From contig JBAYLE010000005.1 of the NCBI GenBank assembly GCA_041664225.1, forward strand, positions 1-60,171: a DNA stretch of 60,171 nt. The letters run 5' to 3'. Made by a program: the position numbers and the translations under genes. How positions within the stretch are numbered: position 1 is the first letter of the stretch; each line of letters begins with the position of its first letter. The DNA comes from Parcubacteria group bacterium (GTDB taxonomy: Bacteria > Patescibacteriota > Minisyncoccia > Moranbacterales > UBA2206). Under the pieces are notes generated by a model. That model was not told the origin of the DNA, did not search any database, and saw only the letters and a program-made list of their open reading frames with translations. Below are positions 42,838 to 50,331 of the stretch, one piece after another.

Positions 42838-43545
42838 ATGAGCAATAAAAAAAGATTAGCCGTTTTTGATATTGATGGCACGATTTTTCGCAAAAATCTG
42901 GCTTTTGAATTGATTGACGAATTGGCTTGGATGAAAGTTTTTGATCACAAAGTGAGAAAAGACTTGACCACTCTTTATTCCAAGTGGTTGGACCATAAAG
43001 GCACTTACGAAGACTATCGGCGGGAATTGGTTCAGCTTTATTGCCAGAATATCAAAGGTTGCTCCAAGCAGGAGGTTTTGGCGGCGAGCAAGATTGTTGT
43101 GCCTTTTTATAAAGACAGGACATATATTTTTGCCAATAATCTCATAGCTAAATTAAGAGAAGAAAATTATACGATCATTGCTATTTCCGGTTCGCCGCTG
43201 GAAATTGTGGAAGAATACAACAAGTATTTGAAATTTAACGCGGTATTCGGTTCTGTTTATGAAATAGATGCGAATGGAATTTATACCGGGAAAGCGATCT
43301 TTGAGCCGACGATTGATAAGGGGCAAGTTGTGCGTCAATATCTTACTGAAAATAATTTAAGTTTTACCGGGTCTTTTGGGGTGGGGGATACTGAATCTGA
43401 CGCGTCGTTTCTTAAAATAGTGGAAAATCCGATTGCTTTCAACCCCAACTATAATCTTAAAAAAATAGCCGAAGAAAATGGATGGCGCATCGTGGTGGAA
43501 AAAAAGGACGTGATTTATGAGTTTAATCCGCAAACTAATCATTAA
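42838..43545 (+). CDS. HAD-IB family hydrolase (SerB-like)
   Basis: LAVFDIDGTIF motif I, ISGSP motif II, GVGDTESD motif IV. ATG at 42838 preferred over the ORF-track start at 42796, which runs through the hairpins. Confidence 0.75.
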   Translation: MSNKKRLAVFDIDGTIFRKNLAFELIDELAWMKVFDHKVRKDLTTLYSKWLDHKGTYEDYRRELVQLYCQNIKGCSKQEVLAASKIVVPFYKDRTYIFANNLIAKLREENYTIIAISGSPLEIVEEYNKYLKFNAVFGSVYEIDANGIYTGKAIFEPTIDKGQVVRQYLTENNLSFTGSFGVGDTESDASFLKIVENPIAFNPNYNLKKIAEENGWRIVVEKKDVIYEFNPQTNH

Positions 43546-43556
43546 AATAAAAACAT

Positions 43557-43748
43557 ATGGCTCTTGGTTTGATCCTTATTTTTATCGGAATATTTTTTTT
43601 GTATTTGGTCATTGATTTTTTGCTTGTGTGCGGAGCGGATATCAATAAATTCGGGAACAAATGGACGAAAAAAACCCTTTGGCTTTGGTTGCCGATTTAT
43701 GCTCTGCATAGACTGATCAAGGAAGTGATTTTCAAAAAAGGAAGATAA
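43557..43748 (+). CDS. Small membrane protein, unknown
   Basis: 63 aa with two hydrophobic segments. Followed directly by a terminator. Confidence 0.4.
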   Translation: MALGLILIFIGIFFLYLVIDFLLVCGADINKFGNKWTKKTLWLWLPIYALHRLIKEVIFKKGR

Positions 43749-43750
43749 AG

Positions 43751-43775
43751 AAAAAAGCCCGAAAGGGCTTTTTTG
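43751..43775. terminator. Bidirectional terminator
   Basis: AAAAAA-GCCC-GAAA-GGGC-TTTTTT between convergent genes. Confidence 0.75.
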
Positions 43776-43817
43776 TCATTTCAAACAGAGAAGAATATCT
43801 CTGGTTTTTTGCGAGGA

Positions 43818-44162
43818 TTATTTGATGCTTTCAATAAATTTTACGAATACTTTCGGATCTTCAACGGCCATTTGGGAAAGCACCTTGCGATCCGTGGCAA
43901 TCTTTTTTGTTTTCATAATCTGGACTAACTGACTGTATTTCAGGCCCAATTCGCGCACGGCGATGTTAAGTCTGGTAATCCAAAGCGCGCGCATAGTTCT
44001 TTTCTTGGTCCGGCGGTCCCGGTAAGCGTATTGGCCGGCTTTAATGACGGCCTGTTTGGCTTCACGAAAAAGATTTTTGCGGTTCCAGCGATAGCCCTTG
44101 GCATCTTCCAAAAGATTATTCCTGCGTTTTACATGAGTTGTTCCTCTTTTTACCCTAGTCAT
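43818..44162 (-). CDS. rplT: 50S ribosomal protein L20
   Basis: MTRVKRGTTHVKRRN ... AYRDRR. Confidence 0.95.
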   Translation of the reverse strand: MTRVKRGTTHVKRRNNLLEDAKGYRWNRKNLFREAKQAVIKAGQYAYRDRRTKKRTMRALWITRLNIAVRELGLKYSQLVQIMKTKKIATDRKVLSQMAVEDPKVFVKFIESIK

Positions 44163-44183
44163 GGTATTTAGAAATTAGTGAGT

Positions 44184-44384
44184 TTAGTTAATATATGGCA
44201 TTCCTTTTAGGACGTTTTGTTCATCAGTTTTAAAAAGTCTGACATCGCCTCTTTTCTTTTGGCCTTCGGATCCGGTTTCTTTGGAATTGTAATGATTCTG
44301 GCCGGTTTTTCGGCGAGTAACTTTTCTGTTCTTGGTAACTTTGAATTTTTTTACCAAGGCTTTCTTGGTCTTTAATTTTGGCAT
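44184..44384 (-). CDS. rpmI: 50S ribosomal protein L35
   Basis: MPKLKTKKALVKKFKVT ... H. Confidence 0.95.
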   Translation of the reverse strand: MPKLKTKKALVKKFKVTKNRKVTRRKTGQNHYNSKETGSEGQKKRGDVRLFKTDEQNVLKGMPYIN

Positions 44385-44404
44385 ATAATCGGTAATTTTA
44401 AAAT

Positions 44405-44965
44405 TTATAACGAAGGAGTTATAACAACATTGAAACCGCCGGGGAATCTTTTGATGTCTTGTTCAACCTTGTAATCAATAGCAATGCTTTTGAGAAAATT
44501 AACCAGATTGGTCCTGGCCAGCTCCGCGTGGGCTTTCTCTCGGCCCCGAAGAACGATTTCAATCTTCACTTTGTCGCCTTTTGTCAAAAATTTTTCTGTC
44601 TGGTCCTTTTTAAAATTAAGATCATGGTCATCTGTTCGCACACCGATTCTTATTCCTTTGACCTCGGTCTTTTTCTGTTTGGCCTTGCTTTGGCGGTCTT
44701 GTTTGGATTGCTGATATTGAAACTTGCCATAGTCCATGATGCGGCAGACTGGCGGCTGGGCCGTTGGCGCCACTTCAACCAGGTCTATTTCGCGTTCACG
44801 CGCAATCTGCAAGGCTTCAAACGGGGTCATGATGCCCAATTGATTTCCTTGGTCATCAATGACCCGGATCTGGGGAACCCTGATTTGCTCGTTGATCCTT
44901 TCACGCGGAACTTTCTTAGGGAATACTCTTTTGATCGGTCCTCTTCTTATGGTTTTAGTATTAAT
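44405..44965 (-). CDS. infC: Translation initiation factor IF-3, probable ATT (or ATA) start
   Basis: The ORF track begins at an internal TTG (44839). The upstream in-frame translation reads INTKTIRRGPIKRVFPKKVPRERINEQIRVPQIRVIDDQGNQLG, which is the conserved IF-3 N-domain. Candidate starts are ATT at 44963-44965 and ATA at 44966-44968 or 44948-44950. Confidence 0.8.
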   Translation of the reverse strand: MNTKTIRRGPIKRVFPKKVPRERINEQIRVPQIRVIDDQGNQLGIMTPFEALQIAREREIDLVEVAPTAQPPVCRIMDYGKFQYQQSKQDRQSKAKQKKTEVKGIRIGVRTDDHDLNFKKDQTEKFLTKGDKVKIEIVLRGREKAHAELARTNLVNFLKSIAIDYKVEQDIKRFPGGFNVVITPSL

Positions 44966-44973
44966 TATTACGC

Positions 44974-45391
44974 GGTGGAGTTGATGGGAATCGCACCCAT
45001 GTCCAAAATTGTTATATTAAAATAATCTACAAGCGTAGTTTATTTATTTCCGCCGAGGCGGATCAATTAAAAAGTGATAAATAAACAAAATCTTTTTAAT
45101 CTATGTCTAAATTAGTTTTGAAAATATGGCTTAAACAAAATCATATTTTCTATCTCAATAATATGACACCGGAGACTGCTTATTGAGAATCAACAGTCCG
45201 ATGGCTCTAGGTAATCGCCTGAAGAGGCAATTTAAGCTAAAGCGGGAGCAAAACTTGCAAATGCTTGCGCAAATGTAGCCTTCGCTTTTGTTATGAAGTT
45301 TGCACTTATAACTTTGATACGAGTTTAACGAGTAAGTATCATGCTCGGCTTGCATATTTTAAAAGTACAACCTGTCGAAACTAGGCAACCC
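44974..45391 (-). ncRNA. ssrA: tmRNA (SsrA), about 418 nt
   Basis: 5' GGGGTTGCCTAGTTTCGACAGG pairs with 3' CAACTCCACC, giving a G3:U70 alanine-identity pair. T arm ATGGG-TGCGATT-CCCAT. Tag frame GCA AAC TTC ... GCT TTA GCT TAA (45303 down to 45232) encodes ANFITKAKATFAQAFASFAPALA. Adjacent to smpB. Confidence 0.85.
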
Positions 45392-45392
45392 C

Positions 45393-45857
45393 CTAGTAAT
45401 TTTTCAGCGCCCTTTTTATCCTTCTTTCGCTTTCTTTTTTGGCGAGGTCTTCGCGCTTATCAAACTTCTTTTTTCCTTTACCAACGCCAAACTCTAACTT
45501 CAATAGTCGCTTTTTAGTATACACTCGAATTGGCACCAGTGTCAAGCCTTCTGTGCGCACTTTGCCGATTAAACGGCGGATTTCCGCTTTGCGGAGCAAA
45601 AGCTTCCTCGGGCGGGTCGGTTCGTAGTTTTTTATCTCACCGGCGTGTTTCCAAGGCGTGATATGGGCGTTAGTCAGGTATAATTCTGCGCCCTTAACTG
45701 TGACAAAGCTTTCTTTGAGGCTGATATGGCCGGCTTTGACCGATTTCACTTCTTGGCCGGTCAAAACCAAGCCAGCCTCGTATTTGTCCGAAATTTGGTA
45801 GTCAAAATTAGCGCGCTTGTTGTAGGCTGCAGTTGTCATGTTTAAAGTATAGAGCAT
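45393..45857 (-). CDS. smpB: SsrA-binding protein SmpB
   Basis: NKRANFDY ... EAGLVLTGQEVKS ... YEPTRPRKLLL ... GKGKKKFDKRE. Confidence 0.95.
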   Translation of the reverse strand: MLYTLNMTTAAYNKRANFDYQISDKYEAGLVLTGQEVKSVKAGHISLKESFVTVKGAELYLTNAHITPWKHAGEIKNYEPTRPRKLLLRKAEIRRLIGKVRTEGLTLVPIRVYTKKRLLKLEFGVGKGKKKFDKREDLAKKESERRIKRALKNY

Positions 45858-45915
45858 TAATCAGAAAGTATAAAGTTTCTACGTTTCCTAAAGCAAAAAT
45901 ACAAAAAACAGTTTC

Positions 45916-45944
45916 TTGACAAGAGTTTTTATCTGAATTAGCAT
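45916..45944 (+). promoter_or_regulatory. Promoter TTGACA-N17-TAGCAT heading the Hxs-like cluster
   Basis: Hexamers read directly, about 30 nt upstream of the first cluster gene. Confidence 0.55.
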
Positions 45945-45977
45945 TAATAGGACTTTAAATAAAATTTTACTGAATTT

Positions 45978-46436
45978 ATGAAGAAAAACTTAGGAGATAA
46001 TGCTATCACTTTTTCATTAAATACAAACATTTACACGCCGGAGATAATTTATAAAACGTGCTATGTTTTCATTGATCGGATGTATATTTATCTTGATCAG
46101 CCAGAAAAAAATCTAATCACGGCATCTCTTAGGGGTAAACGTGAACTAAATCAAGGGGAGCTAAAAAAGCTAGAAGGAGAGTTTTTCAATGAGCTTTTGA
46201 ACACAAAACTGCGGGAAGAAATTTCCAGGAAAAACGCGAAACTTTTAGAATATATAGTGGGAGGGGCAATAAACGCTGCGCTGGAAAAGGATGAAAATTC
46301 CGGCAAAGATGAATTCGCCGATATTGAAAAGGAAATAAGGCAGCTGGATGAAGAATTGGCAGAAATGGACAAGGCGGATTATAAAAAAGACTCTCTTAAT
46401 ATCAGGCAAATCAAGAAGATTAATAAAAAGAAATAA
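45978..46436 (+). CDS. hxsD: HxsD-like protein (His-Xaa-Ser system)
   Basis: EFFNELLNTKLREEI resembles the LLNDYxLRE signature I recall for the HxsD family. Acidic coiled-coil tail. Confidence 0.55.
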   Translation: MKKNLGDNAITFSLNTNIYTPEIIYKTCYVFIDRMYIYLDQPEKNLITASLRGKRELNQGELKKLEGEFFNELLNTKLREEISRKNAKLLEYIVGGAINAALEKDENSGKDEFADIEKEIRQLDEELAEMDKADYKKDSLNIRQIKKINKKK

Positions 46437-46663
46437 TGGCAAAGTATCAAAAATCAATAAACTTTTGCAGCAGCTTGTATTCAGAAAAAAGCATCAAGGA
46501 GGCCACAAATGAATACAAAAAAGCCTATGGCGGAAAAATCGGCTTTGAAATTTTAAAGGAAAAGGGATATACACAAATAAAGTTATTATTAAACGATAAT
46601 AATTTGGGTGACAATATTGCGGATGAATTTTCCAATTATTTGTTGTTTTTGAACATACAATGA
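46436..46663 (+). CDS. Short HxsD-like paralogue (ends just after the EFxNYLL motif)
   Basis: The template SINFCSSLYSEKSIKEA ... IKLLL ... ADEFSNYLLFL parallels the N-terminal half of the 45978 protein. TAATG and ATGA overlaps with both neighbours. Confidence 0.45.
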   Translation: MAKYQKSINFCSSLYSEKSIKEATNEYKKAYGGKIGFEILKEKGYTQIKLLLNDNNLGDNIADEFSNYLLFLNIQ

Positions 46664-48126
46664 AAAAAGATGAATCTTTTTTAGTAAAAAATAGGAAGCT
46701 GGATAAATTTTATTTCAGGCAGCTTCGGGAAAAAACTCTCATTACTAATGATGGCGGAAATTGGATTTCTTTGCCGAATGATGATTTTAGGCGTTTTATT
46801 TCAGGAAAAATAAAGAACACAGAAAAGCTGTACCAGGAACTTGAAAAAAAAGGATTCATAAATGTCGGAAAGAAAAAACTTTCTGAATTAGCCAGCCAGT
46901 ATTTAAAATTAAACTACTCGCTTTCTCAGGGGCCTTCTCTTTTTATCATTGTTCTTACGCTGCGGTGCAACCACCGCTGTTTGTATTGCCAGGTTATTCC
47001 GGAAAATCCCAAGCAGAAAGGTTTTGATATGGGCAAAGCAACTGCCAAGAAAACGGTTGATTTGATTTTCCGGACTCCCTCAGAAAGTGTCCGTCTTGAA
47101 TTTCAAGGCGGAGAGCCACTACTCAACTGGCCAGTGTTGAAATACGTTGTGAAATATGCCAAAGAAGTGAATAAAAAGAAGAAAAAAAATTTAAAAATAA
47201 GCATTGTTTCCAATCTTTCCTTGATGGATGACGAAAAATTGAAATTTCTGCTGGACGAGGAAGTTGACATTGCTTGCTCGTTGGATGGGCCGGCTAAAGT
47301 GCATGATAAGAACAGAACATATTTGGACGGCGCTAGCAGCCATAAAGTTGTATCCGTCAAAATAAAAAAAATTCAAAAAGAAATCAAAAAAAAGCAAGAA
47401 AAAACAAAAGAAAAGACGGACAAATTGAATGCAATACTTACAGTTACTAAATTTTCCCTCCCGTACTATAAAGAAATTATTGACGAATATATGAGCTATG
47501 GCCTGGATAATGTTTTTATCAGGCCGCTGAGCCCTTTCGGCCTGGAACGAAAAACAACTGACCTAATCGGTTATACGGCGGAAGAGTTTTTGGAATTTTA
47601 CAAAAAATCCTTGGATTACATAGTGGAATTGAACTTAAAGGGGAAACTTTTTGCGGAAAGAGGAACATTCAATATCCTAAGAAAAATATTAAAGCAAGAG
47701 GATCCCAATTTTCTGGAATTGCGTTCGCCATGCGGGGCAGGAATCGGGCAGATGGCTTTTGACTATGACGGAAAAATATTTACTTGCGATGAGGGCAGGA
47801 TGGCGCGCCGGATGAGCCATGATAACTTTATGATAGGCGAGGTAGATGATAATGACTATAACCGGCTGATTGATAATGAAGTTGTAAAAACTATGTGCCT
47901 GGCATCCTCTCTGGATAATCATGCCGGCTGTCAAGATTGCGTCTATAAACCATATTGCGGAGTTTGTCCCTTGGCTAATTATATCGAGTGCGGAACGATT
48001 TTTCCCCAGTTAGCCAATACGTTGCGATGCCGGATAAATAAGGGCATCTTTGACTATATATTCCGAAAGATGGGGGACAAAAAATACCGAACCGTTTTTG
48101 AAAGCTGGGTGGGTAAGGGGTTATAA
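46660..48126 (+). CDS. hxsB: Radical SAM / SPASM-domain maturase, HxsB-like
   Basis: CNHRCLYC (CxxxCxxC), FQGGEPLL, C-terminal CGAG ... CDEG ... CQDCVYKPYCGVCP (SPASM-type Cys pattern). Confidence 0.7.
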   Translation: MKKDESFLVKNRKLDKFYFRQLREKTLITNDGGNWISLPNDDFRRFISGKIKNTEKLYQELEKKGFINVGKKKLSELASQYLKLNYSLSQGPSLFIIVLTLRCNHRCLYCQVIPENPKQKGFDMGKATAKKTVDLIFRTPSESVRLEFQGGEPLLNWPVLKYVVKYAKEVNKKKKKNLKISIVSNLSLMDDEKLKFLLDEEVDIACSLDGPAKVHDKNRTYLDGASSHKVVSVKIKKIQKEIKKKQEKTKEKTDKLNAILTVTKFSLPYYKEIIDEYMSYGLDNVFIRPLSPFGLERKTTDLIGYTAEEFLEFYKKSLDYIVELNLKGKLFAERGTFNILRKILKQEDPNFLELRSPCGAGIGQMAFDYDGKIFTCDEGRMARRMSHDNFMIGEVDDNDYNRLIDNEVVKTMCLASSLDNHAGCQDCVYKPYCGVCPLANYIECGTIFPQLANTLRCRINKGIFDYIFRKMGDKKYRTVFESWVGKGL

Positions 48127-48165
48127 TTCTTTTTAGGGGCTGTGGACAACATGGTGGGCGGTGTA

Positions 48166-48195
48166 TTTACATAATTATGCGGGTTATGGTATAAT
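48166..48195 (+). promoter_or_regulatory. Internal promoter TTTACA-N18-(TG)G-TATAAT in front of the precursor gene
   Basis: Extended -10 TGGTATAAT read directly. Short AT-rich leader with no SD. Confidence 0.5.
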
Positions 48196-48222
48196 ATAAA
48201 CATAAAAATTTCTTATAAAAAA

Positions 48223-48477
48223 ATGGCAAGGAATAAAAAAATCCCTCAAATTAAAAAAAACATTAAAGTATTTTTGCAAAGTGAGGAAGGAAAGATTGTC
48301 GAAAAAGATGCCGTCAAGCTGGGCATAGCTTTAATCGCGGCGGCGGGCATTATAAGCGGGATAGCCAAGCCGGACGCAACCCAGGCAGGATGCCACTCTT
48401 CCCACTCTTCCCATGGCTCGCATGGCTCCCATGGCTCGCATGGCTCCGGCAGCGGGTGCCAGATCGGCGGGTGGTAA
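48223..48477 (+). CDS. hxsA: His-Xaa-Ser repeat peptide (HxsA-like candidate precursor)
   Basis: C-terminal C-HSS-HSS-HGS-HGS-HGS-HGS-GSGC-QIGGW. N-terminal basic segment followed by a hydrophobic helix (KLGIALIAAAGIISGIA). Confidence 0.7.
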   Translation: MARNKKIPQIKKNIKVFLQSEEGKIVEKDAVKLGIALIAAAGIISGIAKPDATQAGCHSSHSSHGSHGSHGSHGSGSGCQIGGW

Positions 48478-48496
48478 TAAAGTTTAATAACATATT

Positions 48497-49273
48497 ATGG
48501 CAAAAAAAATAATACTTGCATTAATTGTTGTTGTGATCTTGGTTGTCATAGCCTTAGTTGGTGGCAACATCTCAAAAAATAAAAAAGCAAGCGAGGTGAA
48601 CCAACAAAATAATGATTTGAAGGTGGTGAAAAACGTTCCTTGTCCAGAGGCTTTTAATCCTGAAAAAGCATCAGAAAATTTTGACAAGCTTGCTCCTTCT
48701 ACTAAAGATCTGCTTGGCCAGTACTCTTTTTGTAAGGCTGCTTTGGACGGCGATAAGACAATTTGTGGCAAGTTGCCGCCCAGCTATGAAAAATCAACTT
48801 GTGAGGACGATTATGGTACCGGAGTTGATGTGTTTTTGACGAAAATATTGGGGAAGAAAAATTTTACCGATGATGACGTTAAATATTGCGTTGATAAAAA
48901 TATTTTTGGCGTAGCCGATTTGGAACAAAGGGGGAATCGATGCCGGACAACGCTTACAGCCATATTCAGCCAAGATGTCAAAATTTGCGACCAGGAAACC
49001 AGTGATTATGGAAAGGCCAATTGCATCAATGTTGTCTCGGGCAAGCCAAGCGCTGGCAACTGCGATAATGTCTCAAATGAAGAGAGCAAAGAAATGTGCA
49101 AAATCAGGGCTAAATTCATCCAGACTCTTAAGTTCGAAAAAACAGCTGTCAATTGTGATGCTATATCGGAGCAATATATCAAATTTAATACCCTCTGCCG
49201 GTTGCATTTTCTCTCCTCGTGCGATGATTTTTTGAAGCAATTGCGGGATAATTACTTTTGCGTGGGAAATTAA
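48497..49273 (+). CDS. Membrane-anchored exported protein with 14 spaced cysteines
   Basis: N-terminal TM IILALIVVVILVVIALV. Cysteines recur every 10-25 aa (for example CPEAF, FCKAAL, ICGKL, TCEDD, YCVDK). Confidence 0.65.
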   Translation: MAKKIILALIVVVILVVIALVGGNISKNKKASEVNQQNNDLKVVKNVPCPEAFNPEKASENFDKLAPSTKDLLGQYSFCKAALDGDKTICGKLPPSYEKSTCEDDYGTGVDVFLTKILGKKNFTDDDVKYCVDKNIFGVADLEQRGNRCRTTLTAIFSQDVKICDQETSDYGKANCINVVSGKPSAGNCDNVSNEESKEMCKIRAKFIQTLKFEKTAVNCDAISEQYIKFNTLCRLHFLSSCDDFLKQLRDNYFCVGN

Positions 49274-50317
49274 ATGGAAATAGTCCTGGTTGTTACAAAG
49301 CAATGCAACTTTGCTTGCCGGTATTGCTATGAAAAAAACAAAAAAATAGCGGGGGGAAAAATGCCTTTCGAAACAGCCAGAAAAATTCTGGATTTTTTTT
49401 TACCGCATTTACGCGCTGGTGATGCGGTGCATTTATTCGGCGGCGAGCCGCTTCTGGTTTTCCCTCTAATCAAAAAAATTATCAGCCATATCAAATCAGA
49501 AAATAGCAAGGTTCAAATCAGATTAGATACAAACGGCTCTCTGCTTTCCGGCAGAATCCTCGATTTTCTAAGGAAAAATAAAGTCAGCCTGACACTCAGT
49601 ATGGATGGCGGTCCGGAAACGCAAAACTGCAACCGCTGCGCTCAAGACAAAGCTGTGGACACTTATGATATTATTGCCAAAAGCAATTTTTTTAAAAAAA
49701 TTGTCAGTTATCCGCAACTGCAGATTAATCAAGTTGCCGCTATGAATAGGATTAACTTTTTGGCTCAGGATTTTTTCCACCTGGTTAAATTGGGCTTTAG
49801 AAATATAAATATTAAGGAAGAGAAGGGGAAAATTTGGCCGAAGACAAAACTGGAGGTACTGGAAAAAGAGCTGCGCAAAATTAATTATTACTGCCTGAAA
49901 CACCGGCAGAATATTAAGATAAAACATCTGAGCGGATATTTGGACAATCCCAAAAGCGGATTGCGGAAGAGCATGGAATGCCATCCTGAGCAGATGGTCG
50001 TCGCCCTGCCTAGCGGAGATATTTTTCCGTGCTCGGCAGTGTTGAGCGTGACAAAAAAACTCTATCTGGAAAGCATGAAGGTAATCTCTGCCACCGATTT
50101 GGAAAAGATCAAGCATAAAGAATTTTTCAAAATCAAGCGTCAAGCCTACTTGAAGGCTTATGATAAAATGAAACAAGATACGATGTTTATGGGCAAGAAA
50201 GTGCTATGCGCCGCTTTGCTTAAGAATCAAGACAATTTGAATTTAAAGAAGATGCATGAAAATGAAAAACAGAAAGCTAGTGTTTTCAACCGCAGCATAA
50301 AATATTTTCTCAAATAA
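49274..50317 (+). CDS. Radical SAM enzyme (possible HxsC counterpart)
   Basis: CNFACRYC, FGGEPLL. The start abuts the previous stop. Confidence 0.7.
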   Translation: MEIVLVVTKQCNFACRYCYEKNKKIAGGKMPFETARKILDFFLPHLRAGDAVHLFGGEPLLVFPLIKKIISHIKSENSKVQIRLDTNGSLLSGRILDFLRKNKVSLTLSMDGGPETQNCNRCAQDKAVDTYDIIAKSNFFKKIVSYPQLQINQVAAMNRINFLAQDFFHLVKLGFRNINIKEEKGKIWPKTKLEVLEKELRKINYYCLKHRQNIKIKHLSGYLDNPKSGLRKSMECHPEQMVVALPSGDIFPCSAVLSVTKKLYLESMKVISATDLEKIKHKEFFKIKRQAYLKAYDKMKQDTMFMGKKVLCAALLKNQDNLNLKKMHENEKQKASVFNRSIKYFLK

Positions 50318-50331
50318 AAATATTTATCCTT

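Noticed and set aside
45392-45420. Apparent 1-nt frame discrepancy at the smpB 3' end (possible frameshift or pseudogene)
   Set aside because: My manual base-by-base trace put the stop codon 1 nt away from the ORF-track coordinate. The ORF-track translation ends with a normal SmpB C-terminus, so this is most likely my own reading error in a C-run. It is the reason RNA ends are quoted as +/-2 nt.
49568-50176. 202-aa minus-strand ORF inside the rSAM cluster
   Set aside because: It is antisense to a CxxxCxxC enzyme gene and has an AT-rich-frame composition (Phe/Ile/Leu/Gln). I checked it because a hidden antisense precursor would be interesting, but nothing supports it.
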